Positions 29,922 to 40,477 of a stretch of 64,000 bases of DNA are shown here, piece after piece (within the stretch, counting starts at the first letter, position 1; each line of letters opens with the position of its first letter). Source of the stretch: Candidatus Latescibacterota bacterium (lineage in GTDB: Bacteria > Latescibacterota > UBA2968); assembly GCA_965207885.1 (NCBI GenBank), contig OZ242311.1, positions 3,456,001 through 3,520,000 of the forward strand, written 5' to 3'. The translations under genes and the position numbers were made by a program. Under the pieces are notes generated by a model. It was given only the letters and a program-made list of their open reading frames with translations, ran no database searches and was not told the origin of the DNA.

Positions 29922-31880
29922 TTGGCCGAGGTACAACAACCCATAGCGGAACCGGAGATTCGTCCTTTTCGGCACGCCATAACGGCTCGATCCATTGCGC
30001 TGGGTACACTGTGCGTGACTTTCATGGCCTGGGGCGGTCACTACACGCGCCACATCGGTCATACGACCAAGATGGCGCAGGACCATCTGCCCTGGGGCGT
30101 AATGGTTCCCTTCTTCATCATCGCTGTCATCCTTAACAAAGTCATCCAGGCCATCCGCCCAGGGGCTATGCTCACAAGAGCCGAGCTTCTCGTCATCTTT
30201 GCAATGGCCCTGATCGGATCAGCTCTGCCCAGCTACTTCATGGCGCACATGATCGCGAACATCGGTGCGCCCTATTACTTTCCATCATCCGAGAACGGCT
30301 GGGCGACCGAGCTGCATCCGTATCTCGTCGACTGGGCAGTCGTAACGGATGTTATGGCTGCCAAATGGTTCTATGAAGGACTCCCCCGCGGCGCTTCGAT
30401 CCCGTGGGGAGCCTGGTTCATACCGTTGACCTGGCGCCTATCGCTCGTAGGCGCGGTCGCCTGCTTCTGCTATTGTATGGTCGCGATCTTCCGGAAGCAG
30501 TGGGTCGAGAACGAACGGCTCTCCTTCCCCCTGATGAAGCTGCCGATGAACATGGCGGACGAAGAACCTCGTGGATTTTTCACCGCCGGGTTCATGAACC
30601 AGCCTGTTTTCTGGATCGGCTTCGCTTTCGCGATCTTCCCGATTATGTGGAACATGATCGGATACTTCACACCCTTATTCCCGGCCATTCCAAGAGATTT
30701 CGGGCTTATCCAACTGGGTCGAGACTTTCCCCCCATCGAGACCCGATTCTATCCACTGATCATCGGTGCCTCTTACTTCGTTGAGCTCGAAGTATCCGGA
30801 AGCATCATTATCTACTTCCTGTTCCTGACGTTTCAGCTTGGTATGTTCAGAAGATTTGGATTCGAAACAGGTCCACTGCGTGCAGACACTTCCGATTTTG
30901 AAAACTGGCAAGGACTTGGCGCGCTCTTCGTCCTGATTCCCTGGGGACTGTGGACCGCCCGCGGCCATTTGAGAGATGTCGTCAGAAAGGCATTTACCAA
31001 GGACCCGACGATAGACGATACTCGGGAGATGCTCTCCTACCGTTCAACGGTATTCGGACTCATCCTCAGTGCGCTGTTCATCTGCGCGTGGTGCGTCGCA
31101 TCGGGAATGACCGTATATGTGGCGTTTGTCTTCGTCGCCCTTGTCATTATCGTCTGGCTTGGGATCTCAAAGATCAGCATCGAAACGGGGCTGATCAGCT
31201 CTCGCATCATACACGCGCAGTTCGCGGCCTACCATATTGTTGGGCTCACAAACATGAACGCGCAGAGCATTGTTGCCTTGGCGTTGACCTACACCTGGCA
31301 TCGCGATCTGAAAACCGTCCTGATGGCTCCGATGGCCAACGCCACGAAACTCTTCGATGATGTTCGCGAAGACCGGGGGAGAATGATCCTTGCAGTCGCG
31401 ATTGCCGTTGCCGTCGTTGTGGGAGGCAGCGCCTATTACGCGATCGCTTCCGGCTACCAGACGGGCGCATACAACTACGGCGGCATCTATGCGGGATCCG
31501 TGCAAGCCGTATTTGACAGAGGAGTAGGTTACATCCGCGATCCCTTCGCAATGAAGCGATATCTCGCCTATTGGGGACTGATCGGAGTTGCAGTCACCGC
31601 AGCCAATATGATTCTCCGCTATATTTATCCGGCTTTTCCGCTGCACCCCATCGGCCTGGTCTCGGCAACCTCATACCCTGCCAATCGCACTATATTCTCG
31701 ATTTTCTTCGCCTGGTTCGCCAAAGCCGCCATCCTCCGTATTGGCGGAATCAGCCTGTATCGCAAAGCCTCACCCTTTTTCTTTGGTATGATGCTGGGGT
31801 ATTTCGTTGGTGTCGGAATTTCGTTTGTCGTTGACCTGATCTGGTTTCCCGATGACGGGCATTCACTCGCGCTATACTAA
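29922..31880 (+). CDS. DUF6785/DUF6784-like polytopic membrane protein (putative transporter)
   Basis: Many TM helices; RKQWVENERLSFPL..LP, FPLHPIG, GGISLYRKA.PFF.G. Confidence 0.75.
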   Translation: MAEVQQPIAEPEIRPFRHAITARSIALGTLCVTFMAWGGHYTRHIGHTTKMAQDHLPWGVMVPFFIIAVILNKVIQAIRPGAMLTRAELLVIFAMALIGSALPSYFMAHMIANIGAPYYFPSSENGWATELHPYLVDWAVVTDVMAAKWFYEGLPRGASIPWGAWFIPLTWRLSLVGAVACFCYCMVAIFRKQWVENERLSFPLMKLPMNMADEEPRGFFTAGFMNQPVFWIGFAFAIFPIMWNMIGYFTPLFPAIPRDFGLIQLGRDFPPIETRFYPLIIGASYFVELEVSGSIIIYFLFLTFQLGMFRRFGFETGPLRADTSDFENWQGLGALFVLIPWGLWTARGHLRDVVRKAFTKDPTIDDTREMLSYRSTVFGLILSALFICAWCVASGMTVYVAFVFVALVIIVWLGISKISIETGLISSRIIHAQFAAYHIVGLTNMNAQSIVALALTYTWHRDLKTVLMAPMANATKLFDDVREDRGRMILAVAIAVAVVVGGSAYYAIASGYQTGAYNYGGIYAGSVQAVFDRGVGYIRDPFAMKRYLAYWGLIGVAVTAANMILRYIYPAFPLHPIGLVSATSYPANRTIFSIFFAWFAKAAILRIGGISLYRKASPFFFGMMLGYFVGVGISFVVDLIWFPDDGHSLALY

Positions 31881-31959
31881 ATTAGGTAGCGAATTATTCG
31901 GAATATTCATAAATTTACGCGTCAATGTTGATTTTATGAAGGTCTCATAAGACCTGAGG

Positions 31960-33819
31960 ATGGCAATGAGAATTCTCGACATCCGACAGAGAAAGCCCGA
32001 AGTGTGGCGAGGTCCGGCCTGGTCTCCAGAACAGGAACGGGCAAACCGCGAATGGGAAACCTTCTGGCGATTTTTCAAGTACCTGTATCCCCACAAGACG
32101 AAAGTCATCCTCGGGATGCTATTCATCATGGTAGGCGTTCCGCTCCGTGAGATAGGCGTCTTTTTGAATCGATATCAGGTTGATGAAGTCATTCTGAACA
32201 TCGACCTGCCAGTAGATCGCCGCTTGCAGCTTTTCTTTTTTGTCTTTGGTATCCAATTCCTGATGTGGATCATCTCGAATGTCTCTCAAATAACACGGCG
32301 TATCCTCGGGTGGTATATCGACATGAAAGTCACCATCCACCTGCGCACGATCTTCTACGACCACCTCCACAAACTTTCCCTGGGCTTTCTTCAGAGTAGG
32401 CCCATCGGCGAACACATGTATCGCAGTACTGCTGACGTCGGAGGTGGCCTGATCACCATGATCACCGACGATGTTCCCAATGCGATCACCATAGCCTACC
32501 GGATTATCTGGACGGGCATCATCCTCAGTCTGGTCGATCCCTATCTCACAGTGCTGATTTTTCTCTACTCCTTTCCCTACACAGCCCTATCCCACTACTT
32601 CTACACGCGCCTTCAGAGAGTCCGATGGGACATGAGAATGCAGGCACAGTACCTGAGGACGATCTTGAGAGACGGTATAGCCGCGACCAAGACCGTCAAA
32701 GGTTTCGGCCGCATGCGCTGGTCTGCCCGCCGATATGCATCAACTTTTATCGAGAACCGCAGATATTGGATCAAGTACCGCGTTCTACATATCTTTACGC
32801 ACCAGGGCGTTCTGTGGTTTCTCTCTGAAGGCGTTGAAAAAGTGTTGTGGCTCTACGTAGGTTACCACACCATGACCGGGGAGTTGAGCATCGGAGAATT
32901 CAGTGTTGTGTTTTTCCTCGCCCGGCAATTTGAAGGCCCGATGGAGAGAATGATCAGGCTGATCCAGAGCATTCGCCTTCAACTCGTCCAGGCCGAACGC
33001 GTCCTGCAAACCCTTGACGTTCAACCCGAGATAAGCGATGCGCCCGATGCGAGCACCATACCGTCCCTCAGCGGCACAATCGAATTCAGAAACGTGGGAT
33101 TTGAATACGAATCGGGACAGCCTGTGCTGGAAAATATCAACATCACAATCCGTCCTGGAGAGCGCGTCGCATTCGTGGGACCGAGTGGATCGGGCAAGAC
33201 CTCAATGCTATACCTCATCTTGAGGCTTTACGATCCCACCACCGGATCGGTTCTGGTAGATGGACACGACCTGAAAGATGTCCGACTCTTGAGCTACCGC
33301 AATCAACTCGGCGTTGTGCTTCAAGACACCTTCCTATTTTCCGGAACTATCCGCGAGAATATCCGGTATGGAAATCTAAAGGCTTCGGACGCAGATGTGG
33401 AGGAAGCAGCCCGCATGGCCGCGCTTTACGATGCCGTCATCGCCCACCCGGAGGGATTTGAAAGAGATCTTGGAGAGGGAACGAGATTATCCGGCGGACA
33501 AAAGCAAAGAATAGGCATTGCCCGCGCCCTGATCAGAGACCCCGCGGTTTTCATTCTGGATGAAGCGACCTCGAATCTGGATTCTCGATCGGAAGAACAC
33601 GTCATGGACACGATCTGGAACGTATCGGAGGGGCGAACCACCGTGATGGTTTCTCACAGACTCATGACCGTTCAAAAAGCAGACCGAATCTACGTTTTGG
33701 ATCAGGGCAGAATCGTCGAAAATGGCACACACGACGACTTGCTATCAGCAAACGGTCTCTACCGCAGAATATGGGATGAGCAGATGCAGTTGGGCACAGA
33801 CGTCGATGCAGCCGATTGA
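31960..33819 (+). CDS. ABC exporter, fused TMD-NBD
   Basis: GPSGSGKT, LSGGQ, ILDEATS, SHR. Confidence 0.92.
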   Translation: MAMRILDIRQRKPEVWRGPAWSPEQERANREWETFWRFFKYLYPHKTKVILGMLFIMVGVPLREIGVFLNRYQVDEVILNIDLPVDRRLQLFFFVFGIQFLMWIISNVSQITRRILGWYIDMKVTIHLRTIFYDHLHKLSLGFLQSRPIGEHMYRSTADVGGGLITMITDDVPNAITIAYRIIWTGIILSLVDPYLTVLIFLYSFPYTALSHYFYTRLQRVRWDMRMQAQYLRTILRDGIAATKTVKGFGRMRWSARRYASTFIENRRYWIKYRVLHIFTHQGVLWFLSEGVEKVLWLYVGYHTMTGELSIGEFSVVFFLARQFEGPMERMIRLIQSIRLQLVQAERVLQTLDVQPEISDAPDASTIPSLSGTIEFRNVGFEYESGQPVLENINITIRPGERVAFVGPSGSGKTSMLYLILRLYDPTTGSVLVDGHDLKDVRLLSYRNQLGVVLQDTFLFSGTIRENIRYGNLKASDADVEEAARMAALYDAVIAHPEGFERDLGEGTRLSGGQKQRIGIARALIRDPAVFILDEATSNLDSRSEEHVMDTIWNVSEGRTTVMVSHRLMTVQKADRIYVLDQGRIVENGTHDDLLSANGLYRRIWDEQMQLGTDVDAAD

Positions 33820-33823
33820 GACC

Positions 33824-36274
33824 CTATTCGTACTTAAGCGCCTCAATCGGATTGGTCTGCGCCGCTTTCCATGCCTGGTAACTCACAGTGATCAGGGCAA
33901 TGGCAATAGCCAGTACACTGCTCAATACAAATACCGAGATATCCAGACCGATGCGATAGGCAAAATCGGCTAACCAGTCATTGAGCATATAATAAGCCAG
34001 AGGCCATGCAATGAGGCTGGCAAACGCGACCAGCTTGACAAATTCGGCTGAAAACATCGTCACAATTTGTCCGCCAGACGCACCGAGCACCTTGCGCACA
34101 CCAATCTCTTTTGTGCGCCGTTGGGCAGAAATAGCGGCCAAACCGAACAGACCCAAACAGCACACCACGATCGCCAGCAATGAAGAAATGCCAGCAATTC
34201 TTCTCAGGCGAAGTTCATTCCGGTACGCAGATGCTAATCCATCGTCCATAAAAATGGGATTAAACGCTTCGTTGGGCACGAACTTATACCATTCCTCTTC
34301 CAAAAAATCCATCGTCTCTACAAACTGTCCGCCCTTTATTTTAAGCGTTAAATACGCATATAGCCTGGCCCACTGGACAAATGCGAGGGGCGCGATTTTT
34401 TCTTTTAAGGAATCAAAATGGTAATCCTTAAACACGCCCACAACAGTACCCGTGCCGCCGCCCCCATCCAGCTTCTGAATTTGTTTGCCGATGGGATTAT
34501 CCCAGCCAAATAATTTGGCTGCCGACTCATTGATCAGAAATTCGCGCGTCCATCCCCTGAGGGGATTGCCCTTGCCCGGGGTGAAGTTTTTGCCAGCAAC
34601 CAGCTCGATACCCATTGTTTTTACAAAGTCCTGATCGACCTCGTTGACCAGAATCCACCAGTCATCCCCCGGCAAATCCTCTGGGCGAATGGGCTTGCTC
34701 CGCGAGCCACCCCCGCTGGGGAAGGCGCGATACTGAGATGCCGTTGCCCCAACGACATTGGGATGCCTCAAAAACGACTGCTTCACAGTACTGTACCGCG
34801 ACGACAGGCGGTTGGCGTGAACAAAATGCGCCTCCCGGCTCGAAATAAAAATGGGCAACATGACCAGATGTTCTGTATCAACCCCCAGATCCCGATCCAG
34901 CATATAAGAGATCTGGTTGCGCACGACCAGCGTCCCTACGATCAAAAAAATCGAAATTGAAAATTGGAATATCACCAGACCCTTCCAGAACCACGAACCA
35001 CCCGACCTGGATTGAACCTGGCTCTTCAATGTATCAATCGGTTGCCAGGCAGACAAAACAAAGGCGGGATAACCTCCGGCGAGTATCCCGGATACCAGTA
35101 CCACGCCGACCAACGCCGGGATCAAAGTCATATATGCTCTGAGATCTAATACCAGGTTTTGCTGGATCAAATCATTAAACACGGGCAGTGCCGTATGCGC
35201 GACAATAAGTGCCAGCAACGACGCGAGACAGGCGACAATCAGGGACTCCCCCAGAAATTGCTGGATCAACTGACCGCGACTGGCACCGACCACTTTTCGC
35301 AAGCCCACCTCTCTTGCGCGCCGGACTGATTGGGCTGTCGCCAGATTCATAAAGTTCACGCAGGCAATGATCAGAATAAATGCGGCAATCACACACATCG
35401 TATAGAGTTGATCGATATCGCCGAAGCTCTGGATGTCGTAATCTGCGCGCGAATGCAAATAGACCCGATGCAGGGGTTGAAGATGATACGCATTGTATTT
35501 TTGGATTTCTGCGCCCATATAGCGCGTTATAAAATCCGGAAATTTTTGCTCCAGTGTTTTGGGAGAAACACCTTCTTGAAGCAAAATATAGGTTTGTACC
35601 GGTCGAAAACCCGCAGCCGGATCCCATCTGTGCAATTTGTTACTCCATTGGGCATTGGGGTCTCTCGATACGAACATATTAAATGGGATTGTCGTAGGCT
35701 CAAGGCGATCTTTCAACACACCCCGCACAATATAATCGCCGCCAAAAATCGAATTGACAACGGTAAGCACCCTGCCCATCGGGTTTTCCTCGCCGTAGAT
35801 AACATTCGCCATGCGCTCGGTAATCACAATACTCGTTGGATCTTCAAAAGCCGTCTGTGCGCTGCCCTGAACAAATTCGGCTTCAAACACGTCAAATACG
35901 TGTTTGTCAACGCGATTGAGCCGTGTGGGAAACAAAATATTCTCGCGTTCGACCTTCACATTCCAGGGCCATATTCGAACGGCTGACTCCACTTCGGGGA
36001 AATCGCGTTGCAACGCGGGGGCCAAAGATCCCGATGTGCCCCAGGAAAAATTGCGCGATCCGCCCTGGATATTTATTTCTCGCACAACCTTGTAAATGCG
36101 ATCTCCCTTTTCATATCTGTGATCGTATTGCAGTTCGCGTTGTAAAAACAACACGATTAAAAGGCAGCAGGACATGGCGATGCCCAAACCGAGGATATTG
36201 AGCGCGGAATACACTTTGTTCCGCATCAAATTCCTGATAGCAATTTTGGCGTAATTTCCGATCAGATTAAACAT
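33824..36274 (-). CDS. MacB/FtsX-type ABC permease (duplicated domain, about 800 aa)
   Basis: KIAIRNL, IACVNFMNL, RAREVGLRKVVGA, RTKEIGVRKVLGA, NPIEALKYE. Confidence 0.92.
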   Translation of the reverse strand: MFNLIGNYAKIAIRNLMRNKVYSALNILGLGIAMSCCLLIVLFLQRELQYDHRYEKGDRIYKVVREINIQGGSRNFSWGTSGSLAPALQRDFPEVESAVRIWPWNVKVERENILFPTRLNRVDKHVFDVFEAEFVQGSAQTAFEDPTSIVITERMANVIYGEENPMGRVLTVVNSIFGGDYIVRGVLKDRLEPTTIPFNMFVSRDPNAQWSNKLHRWDPAAGFRPVQTYILLQEGVSPKTLEQKFPDFITRYMGAEIQKYNAYHLQPLHRVYLHSRADYDIQSFGDIDQLYTMCVIAAFILIIACVNFMNLATAQSVRRAREVGLRKVVGASRGQLIQQFLGESLIVACLASLLALIVAHTALPVFNDLIQQNLVLDLRAYMTLIPALVGVVLVSGILAGGYPAFVLSAWQPIDTLKSQVQSRSGGSWFWKGLVIFQFSISIFLIVGTLVVRNQISYMLDRDLGVDTEHLVMLPIFISSREAHFVHANRLSSRYSTVKQSFLRHPNVVGATASQYRAFPSGGGSRSKPIRPEDLPGDDWWILVNEVDQDFVKTMGIELVAGKNFTPGKGNPLRGWTREFLINESAAKLFGWDNPIGKQIQKLDGGGGTGTVVGVFKDYHFDSLKEKIAPLAFVQWARLYAYLTLKIKGGQFVETMDFLEEEWYKFVPNEAFNPIFMDDGLASAYRNELRLRRIAGISSLLAIVVCCLGLFGLAAISAQRRTKEIGVRKVLGASGGQIVTMFSAEFVKLVAFASLIAWPLAYYMLNDWLADFAYRIGLDISVFVLSSVLAIAIALITVSYQAWKAAQTNPIEALKYE

Positions 36275-36387
36275 GAAGCAGGCTCCTGCAGACGCAATAA
36301 ATGTGCCACAACATATAGACTACTGTATAAAAAAGTGGATTTTCTGCCAGACGCAATTGTTTTCTGTTCTCCCACAAACCCGAAAAT

Positions 36388-36420
36388 CCAATTGACATTC
36401 AAACATATCTTCGCCTAATT
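36388..36420 (+). promoter_or_regulatory. promoter element, copy 2 of a 33-bp repeat
   Basis: CCAATTGACATTcaaaCATATCTTCGCCTAATT. Confidence 0.7.
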
Positions 36421-36474
36421 GTGGTATCTTTGAGAGCAGTCCACGCGCGTATATTGAACAGGTAAGACCAGATA

Positions 36475-38271
36475 ATGTTCAACTATTTTCCTCCTCCCCG
36501 CAAGGGGGTAAAACAGTCGCTCATAAGAGTCTTTCTGCGTTTTCTCAGGCTGATGATCCCGGTCTGGGATAAGGCACTGCTCGTCGTAATGGGCACGATT
36601 GTCGTCAGCACGTTTCGGGTTGTGAATCCGTGGCTGAGCAAGTTCCTCATCGATGATGCATTTCCAAATCAAGATTGGAACCTGTTCTACAGTATCTTTG
36701 TCGCCTATGTCGTGCTTGTCCTGATTCAGAGATTGGTCGGTACCATGACGACCATACTCAATCACTACGTAGATCTACGCGTGAGCTTAGCCCTCAAAAC
36801 CCACTTCTTCACCCACCTCCAGCGTCTCTCCATGACCTTCTACGAGAGTCGTGGTATTGGCGAGCACATGTATCGCGCCAGCGCAGATACGGGGGCCGTA
36901 ATGCGCATGATTACGGACATATTGCCAGCGACATTGCGTGCGGTCTATGAGTTCATACTCATACTCATCTTCACCACCTGGTTGGACTGGCGAGTCTCGC
37001 TGGTCATTCTGATTTACTCGATTCCTTATGGAATGGTCGCCCAGAAGATCGCGACCATACAGCGCAGATTCGATCGCCGCGTAAGAGAGAGATGGCAGGC
37101 GCGCGACGCCGGGCTTCAAGAAGGCGTTGCCGGGGCAGCTGTCGTACAGACATTTGGTCGGCGTCGGCACGAAGTAAAGCGATATCTCAATCTCACCATC
37201 GAAGGATATCGCGCCGCGATGCGCCTGTTTTATATGCGTGTCATCGAAGGAGAACTCGCGCGCAATAACGGCCTGCTTCCCTATTTAAAAAATCGACTGA
37301 TAAGACTATACTTTCTCAGAGAAGTTATTTTAGGCAACCTCTCATATGGGTCTGTCTTCCCTATTTTTTCCTATACGAATCGCCTGTCCAATCCCATTCA
37401 AGTCCTGATTCGGTATTTTCAGCAAGTTCGCATTGCAATGGTTCCCGCCGAGCGCATTCTCGAAACACTGGATCAGGTTCCCGCTGTTACAGACCGTCCC
37501 AATGCACCGGCAATGCCACCTATCAGGGGCGATGTCGTCTTTGACGATGTCTCCTTTTCTTATGAGGATGGCACACCAGTCCTGCGCAACCTGAGCTTCA
37601 CCGTTCAGGCAGGTCAAAAAATCGCTCTGGTTGGACACAGTGGATCGGGCAAAACCACGGTCGCGAACCTGCTTCTCAGACTATACGATCCGGATTCGGG
37701 AAGGGTAATTGTAGATGGCCAGGACCTCAGAGAAGTAAAATCGAGCACCTATCAGGACCAGGTTGGTCTGGTTTTACAGGAAACGCATTTGTTCAACGGA
37801 ACAATCAAAGAAAATATCCTATTCGGTCAGCCCCATGCATCTGACGATGAAGTGGTCAGAGCCGCCCAACTGGCGGACATAGACGCATTTGCCTCATCCC
37901 AACGCAACGGATATGACACCGACCTTCGAGAAGGCACGCGAATCTCAGGAGGTCAGAAACAGCGGATCGGGATTGCCCGGGCCATGGTTCGCGATCCCAA
38001 AATTCTCATTTTGGACGAACCCACATCATCCCTGGACAGCGCCACAGAACAGCGATTTTTGCAAAGCCTGGACCGCGTGGCAGAAGGACGCACCACATTC
38101 ATAGTCTCTCACAGACTCACAACAGTGGCAAATGCCGACCTGATCATCGTTCTCGGCGACGGTCAGATCCTCGAACAAGGGACACACGCAGAACTGATTC
38201 GCAATGGAGGCGAGTACGCAGAGATGTACCGGCGATACCTCGGGCTGGATGATACCAGACAAGTTGGGTGA
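36475..38271 (+). CDS. ABC exporter, fused TMD-NBD (paralog of 31960)
   Basis: GHSGSGKT, ISGGQ, ILDEPTS; shared IGEHMYR..AD motif. Confidence 0.92.
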   Translation: MFNYFPPPRKGVKQSLIRVFLRFLRLMIPVWDKALLVVMGTIVVSTFRVVNPWLSKFLIDDAFPNQDWNLFYSIFVAYVVLVLIQRLVGTMTTILNHYVDLRVSLALKTHFFTHLQRLSMTFYESRGIGEHMYRASADTGAVMRMITDILPATLRAVYEFILILIFTTWLDWRVSLVILIYSIPYGMVAQKIATIQRRFDRRVRERWQARDAGLQEGVAGAAVVQTFGRRRHEVKRYLNLTIEGYRAAMRLFYMRVIEGELARNNGLLPYLKNRLIRLYFLREVILGNLSYGSVFPIFSYTNRLSNPIQVLIRYFQQVRIAMVPAERILETLDQVPAVTDRPNAPAMPPIRGDVVFDDVSFSYEDGTPVLRNLSFTVQAGQKIALVGHSGSGKTTVANLLLRLYDPDSGRVIVDGQDLREVKSSTYQDQVGLVLQETHLFNGTIKENILFGQPHASDDEVVRAAQLADIDAFASSQRNGYDTDLREGTRISGGQKQRIGIARAMVRDPKILILDEPTSSLDSATEQRFLQSLDRVAEGRTTFIVSHRLTTVANADLIIVLGDGQILEQGTHAELIRNGGEYAEMYRRYLGLDDTRQVG

Positions 38272-38301
38272 CACAATCTCCTCATAATCACAGGTAAAAA
38301 A

Positions 38302-39630
38302 ATGCAAACGACAGAGAAACCGAAAACACAGAGCTTGAGAACCCGCAGGTTTATCGCCAGGTACGTCAAATATCTGGAAATATTCGGGTATGGCTTTGTT
38401 TTTGCGGTCGCCGCAGCCATCGCCTTTCTGTGGTTTACGAAGACAGAAGACCTCGTGTTATCTAATGCCGAACCGATCAAGCCGCACGAATATGTCCTAT
38501 CTTCTGATGAGGATGTCATAGTCATAGAAGCACTGGTAAAAAATAAAACTGACGTAACAATTGGTCAGCCACTATTTGAAATTTCCAGAGATAAATCCCA
38601 GGTCAACCGCTATCGCGCAAAACAAGTTGCAGAAGAACTGAGTGGTGAACTCGACAGTCTTGCAATATCATCTTCTCTAACTCTATCGGAACGGGAGCTT
38701 CAGGGCGTAATGAGAAGTGCGACGTCCGCCTGGGAACAAGAGCTATCCCAGCGCGAAACATTGACCGCTACGCACGCCGGCGTCATCCTCTTTGAGGAGG
38801 AAATCGTCGGAACGGTCGTACCGAAGGGAGACGAAATCGCGCGTATCCTGGATTTTGACGATCTGCGAATTTCCGCAGGTCTAAAAGGTGCCGCACAAAG
38901 GCTCGCACGCGTCGGTCAACCGGCTCAGATTGAATTGATTACAACTTATGGAGACGGCGAAATACTGAGAACAGACCTCGATTTGCCGGATTGGTGGAGC
39001 ACGGGATTTGCGCAATTCAACGATATCTCGGATGGTCAGGTCACCAAGCAATTGGAAGAGTATTTTTCGGGCAAACTCGTCGCCATAGAAGACGACACGG
39101 TATTCGCACTCGGCAAGGTGAAAAATATCGATCTCCACAGCACATTAAACGTGCAAAATGCCGGGCCACTCGATCCCGGAGAGAAGATCGAAGCCGAGCC
39201 ATTAAGCCGGATAGCGCTAACCGGCACAGTCATCGAAGGCACCCACACCGCGGAATTCAGGATTCACACTTTTCCCGATGAGATTCAACAGGAAATCCAG
39301 AATACGCTTCAAGACCGCATTTTGGAACGGCAATTCGACACGGGCGGTCAGCCCCTATCCGTAAATGAAATCACAGATCTGAGTATGATTATCGAGATGG
39401 ATGCCGATGAGCCAGAGAATAACGAGATGGTCCAGAACGGACAGATGGTCAATGCCGAAAATTCAAAGCGTTCTTTTAAGGGCGTGATCAGAATCGACGA
39501 TCCACATCCGCTGCTCAAGGCAAAAGTCCGGGAACTCGCATTGCTCAAAAAACCCATCTATATCAAGGCCATTGTGAAGGTCGTGGTGGGAGAAAGACGA
39601 ATCGCAATGCTGTTATTCCGGAAGAACTAA
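38302..39630 (+). CDS. HlyD-like membrane fusion/periplasmic adaptor protein
   Basis: Single N-terminal TM, lipoyl halves (V..GQPLFEI; A..AGVI; V.KGD.IARI), helical hairpin, RVGQPA. Confidence 0.65.
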   Translation: MQTTEKPKTQSLRTRRFIARYVKYLEIFGYGFVFAVAAAIAFLWFTKTEDLVLSNAEPIKPHEYVLSSDEDVIVIEALVKNKTDVTIGQPLFEISRDKSQVNRYRAKQVAEELSGELDSLAISSSLTLSERELQGVMRSATSAWEQELSQRETLTATHAGVILFEEEIVGTVVPKGDEIARILDFDDLRISAGLKGAAQRLARVGQPAQIELITTYGDGEILRTDLDLPDWWSTGFAQFNDISDGQVTKQLEEYFSGKLVAIEDDTVFALGKVKNIDLHSTLNVQNAGPLDPGEKIEAEPLSRIALTGTVIEGTHTAEFRIHTFPDEIQQEIQNTLQDRILERQFDTGGQPLSVNEITDLSMIIEMDADEPENNEMVQNGQMVNAENSKRSFKGVIRIDDPHPLLKAKVRELALLKKPIYIKAIVKVVVGERRIAMLLFRKN

Positions 39631-39644
39631 CGGGAAGAACCACA

Positions 39645-40463
39645 ATGAACGAAGTCGAACAATACGAATTTGACCGCCAGGGATATATCACAATCAAAAA
39701 CCTGCTCACGAATGCAGAAGTGCAAACCCTGCGCAAAGCCGTTGACAAATTGGAAGAACACGCCCTATCCAATGTCGCTCTACCGCCTCGAAAACACAGT
39801 GTCTGGGGAGCCGAATATCACGTCAATAAGGAGAAAGGCTACCACGTTCAGGGATCATGTGCCGAGGGGAAAACCCTGATCATAGAAGACTTTTGGAATG
39901 CAGATTCAACATTTGATCTCCTGGTAAACCACGAAAAAACATTGCCATACGTACAATCCGTCATCCGCGGCCGCTACACCATCAACAATTCAGAGATCCG
40001 CATTCGGCACAAAAACAATACATCGCGCAGCCACGGCGGCACGAGACCGGAAAATCAAAAATACCGCTATACCAGCGGTGATCGCATCGACTGCATGATG
40101 GTGCGCATGATTTACTTTATACACGATGTCACCAATGAACAAGGCGCGTTTTGCGTCGTCCCCGGCACGCACAAAAGCACCTTGCTCTGCCCTTACGACA
40201 ACGACCCTGATGTAGAACCGGGAATGATCGGATTGGAAGCCAAAGCGGGCGACGCGATCTTTTTTACAGAACACCTGCGGCACGGTGGCTTGACCAACCG
40301 CTCAGATCAAGTCCGCAAAACCATCCACGTAGGCTATGGTCCCTACTGGATGATGTCGCAAAATATCGCCACCATGGATGAACCCCAGCATATCACATCG
40401 CACACACTGGCGCGATACACAAAAGAACAGCGCAATTTGTTTCGACCGTGGCCCGAAAAATAG
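39645..40463 (+). CDS. PhyH-family Fe(II)/2OG oxygenase (HxG variant)
   Basis: FDRQGY, RSHGG, PGTHK, FTEHLRHG, RK. Confidence 0.88.
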   Translation: MNEVEQYEFDRQGYITIKNLLTNAEVQTLRKAVDKLEEHALSNVALPPRKHSVWGAEYHVNKEKGYHVQGSCAEGKTLIIEDFWNADSTFDLLVNHEKTLPYVQSVIRGRYTINNSEIRIRHKNNTSRSHGGTRPENQKYRYTSGDRIDCMMVRMIYFIHDVTNEQGAFCVVPGTHKSTLLCPYDNDPDVEPGMIGLEAKAGDAIFFTEHLRHGGLTNRSDQVRKTIHVGYGPYWMMSQNIATMDEPQHITSHTLARYTKEQRNLFRPWPEK

Positions 40464-40477
40464 AGGAGTAAAAGCCA

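Noticed and set aside
31890-31935. Weak similarity to the 28637-28700 intergenic region (GAATTATT, CGTCAATGT)
   Set aside because: Short AT-rich blocks with inconsistent spacing; could be chance.
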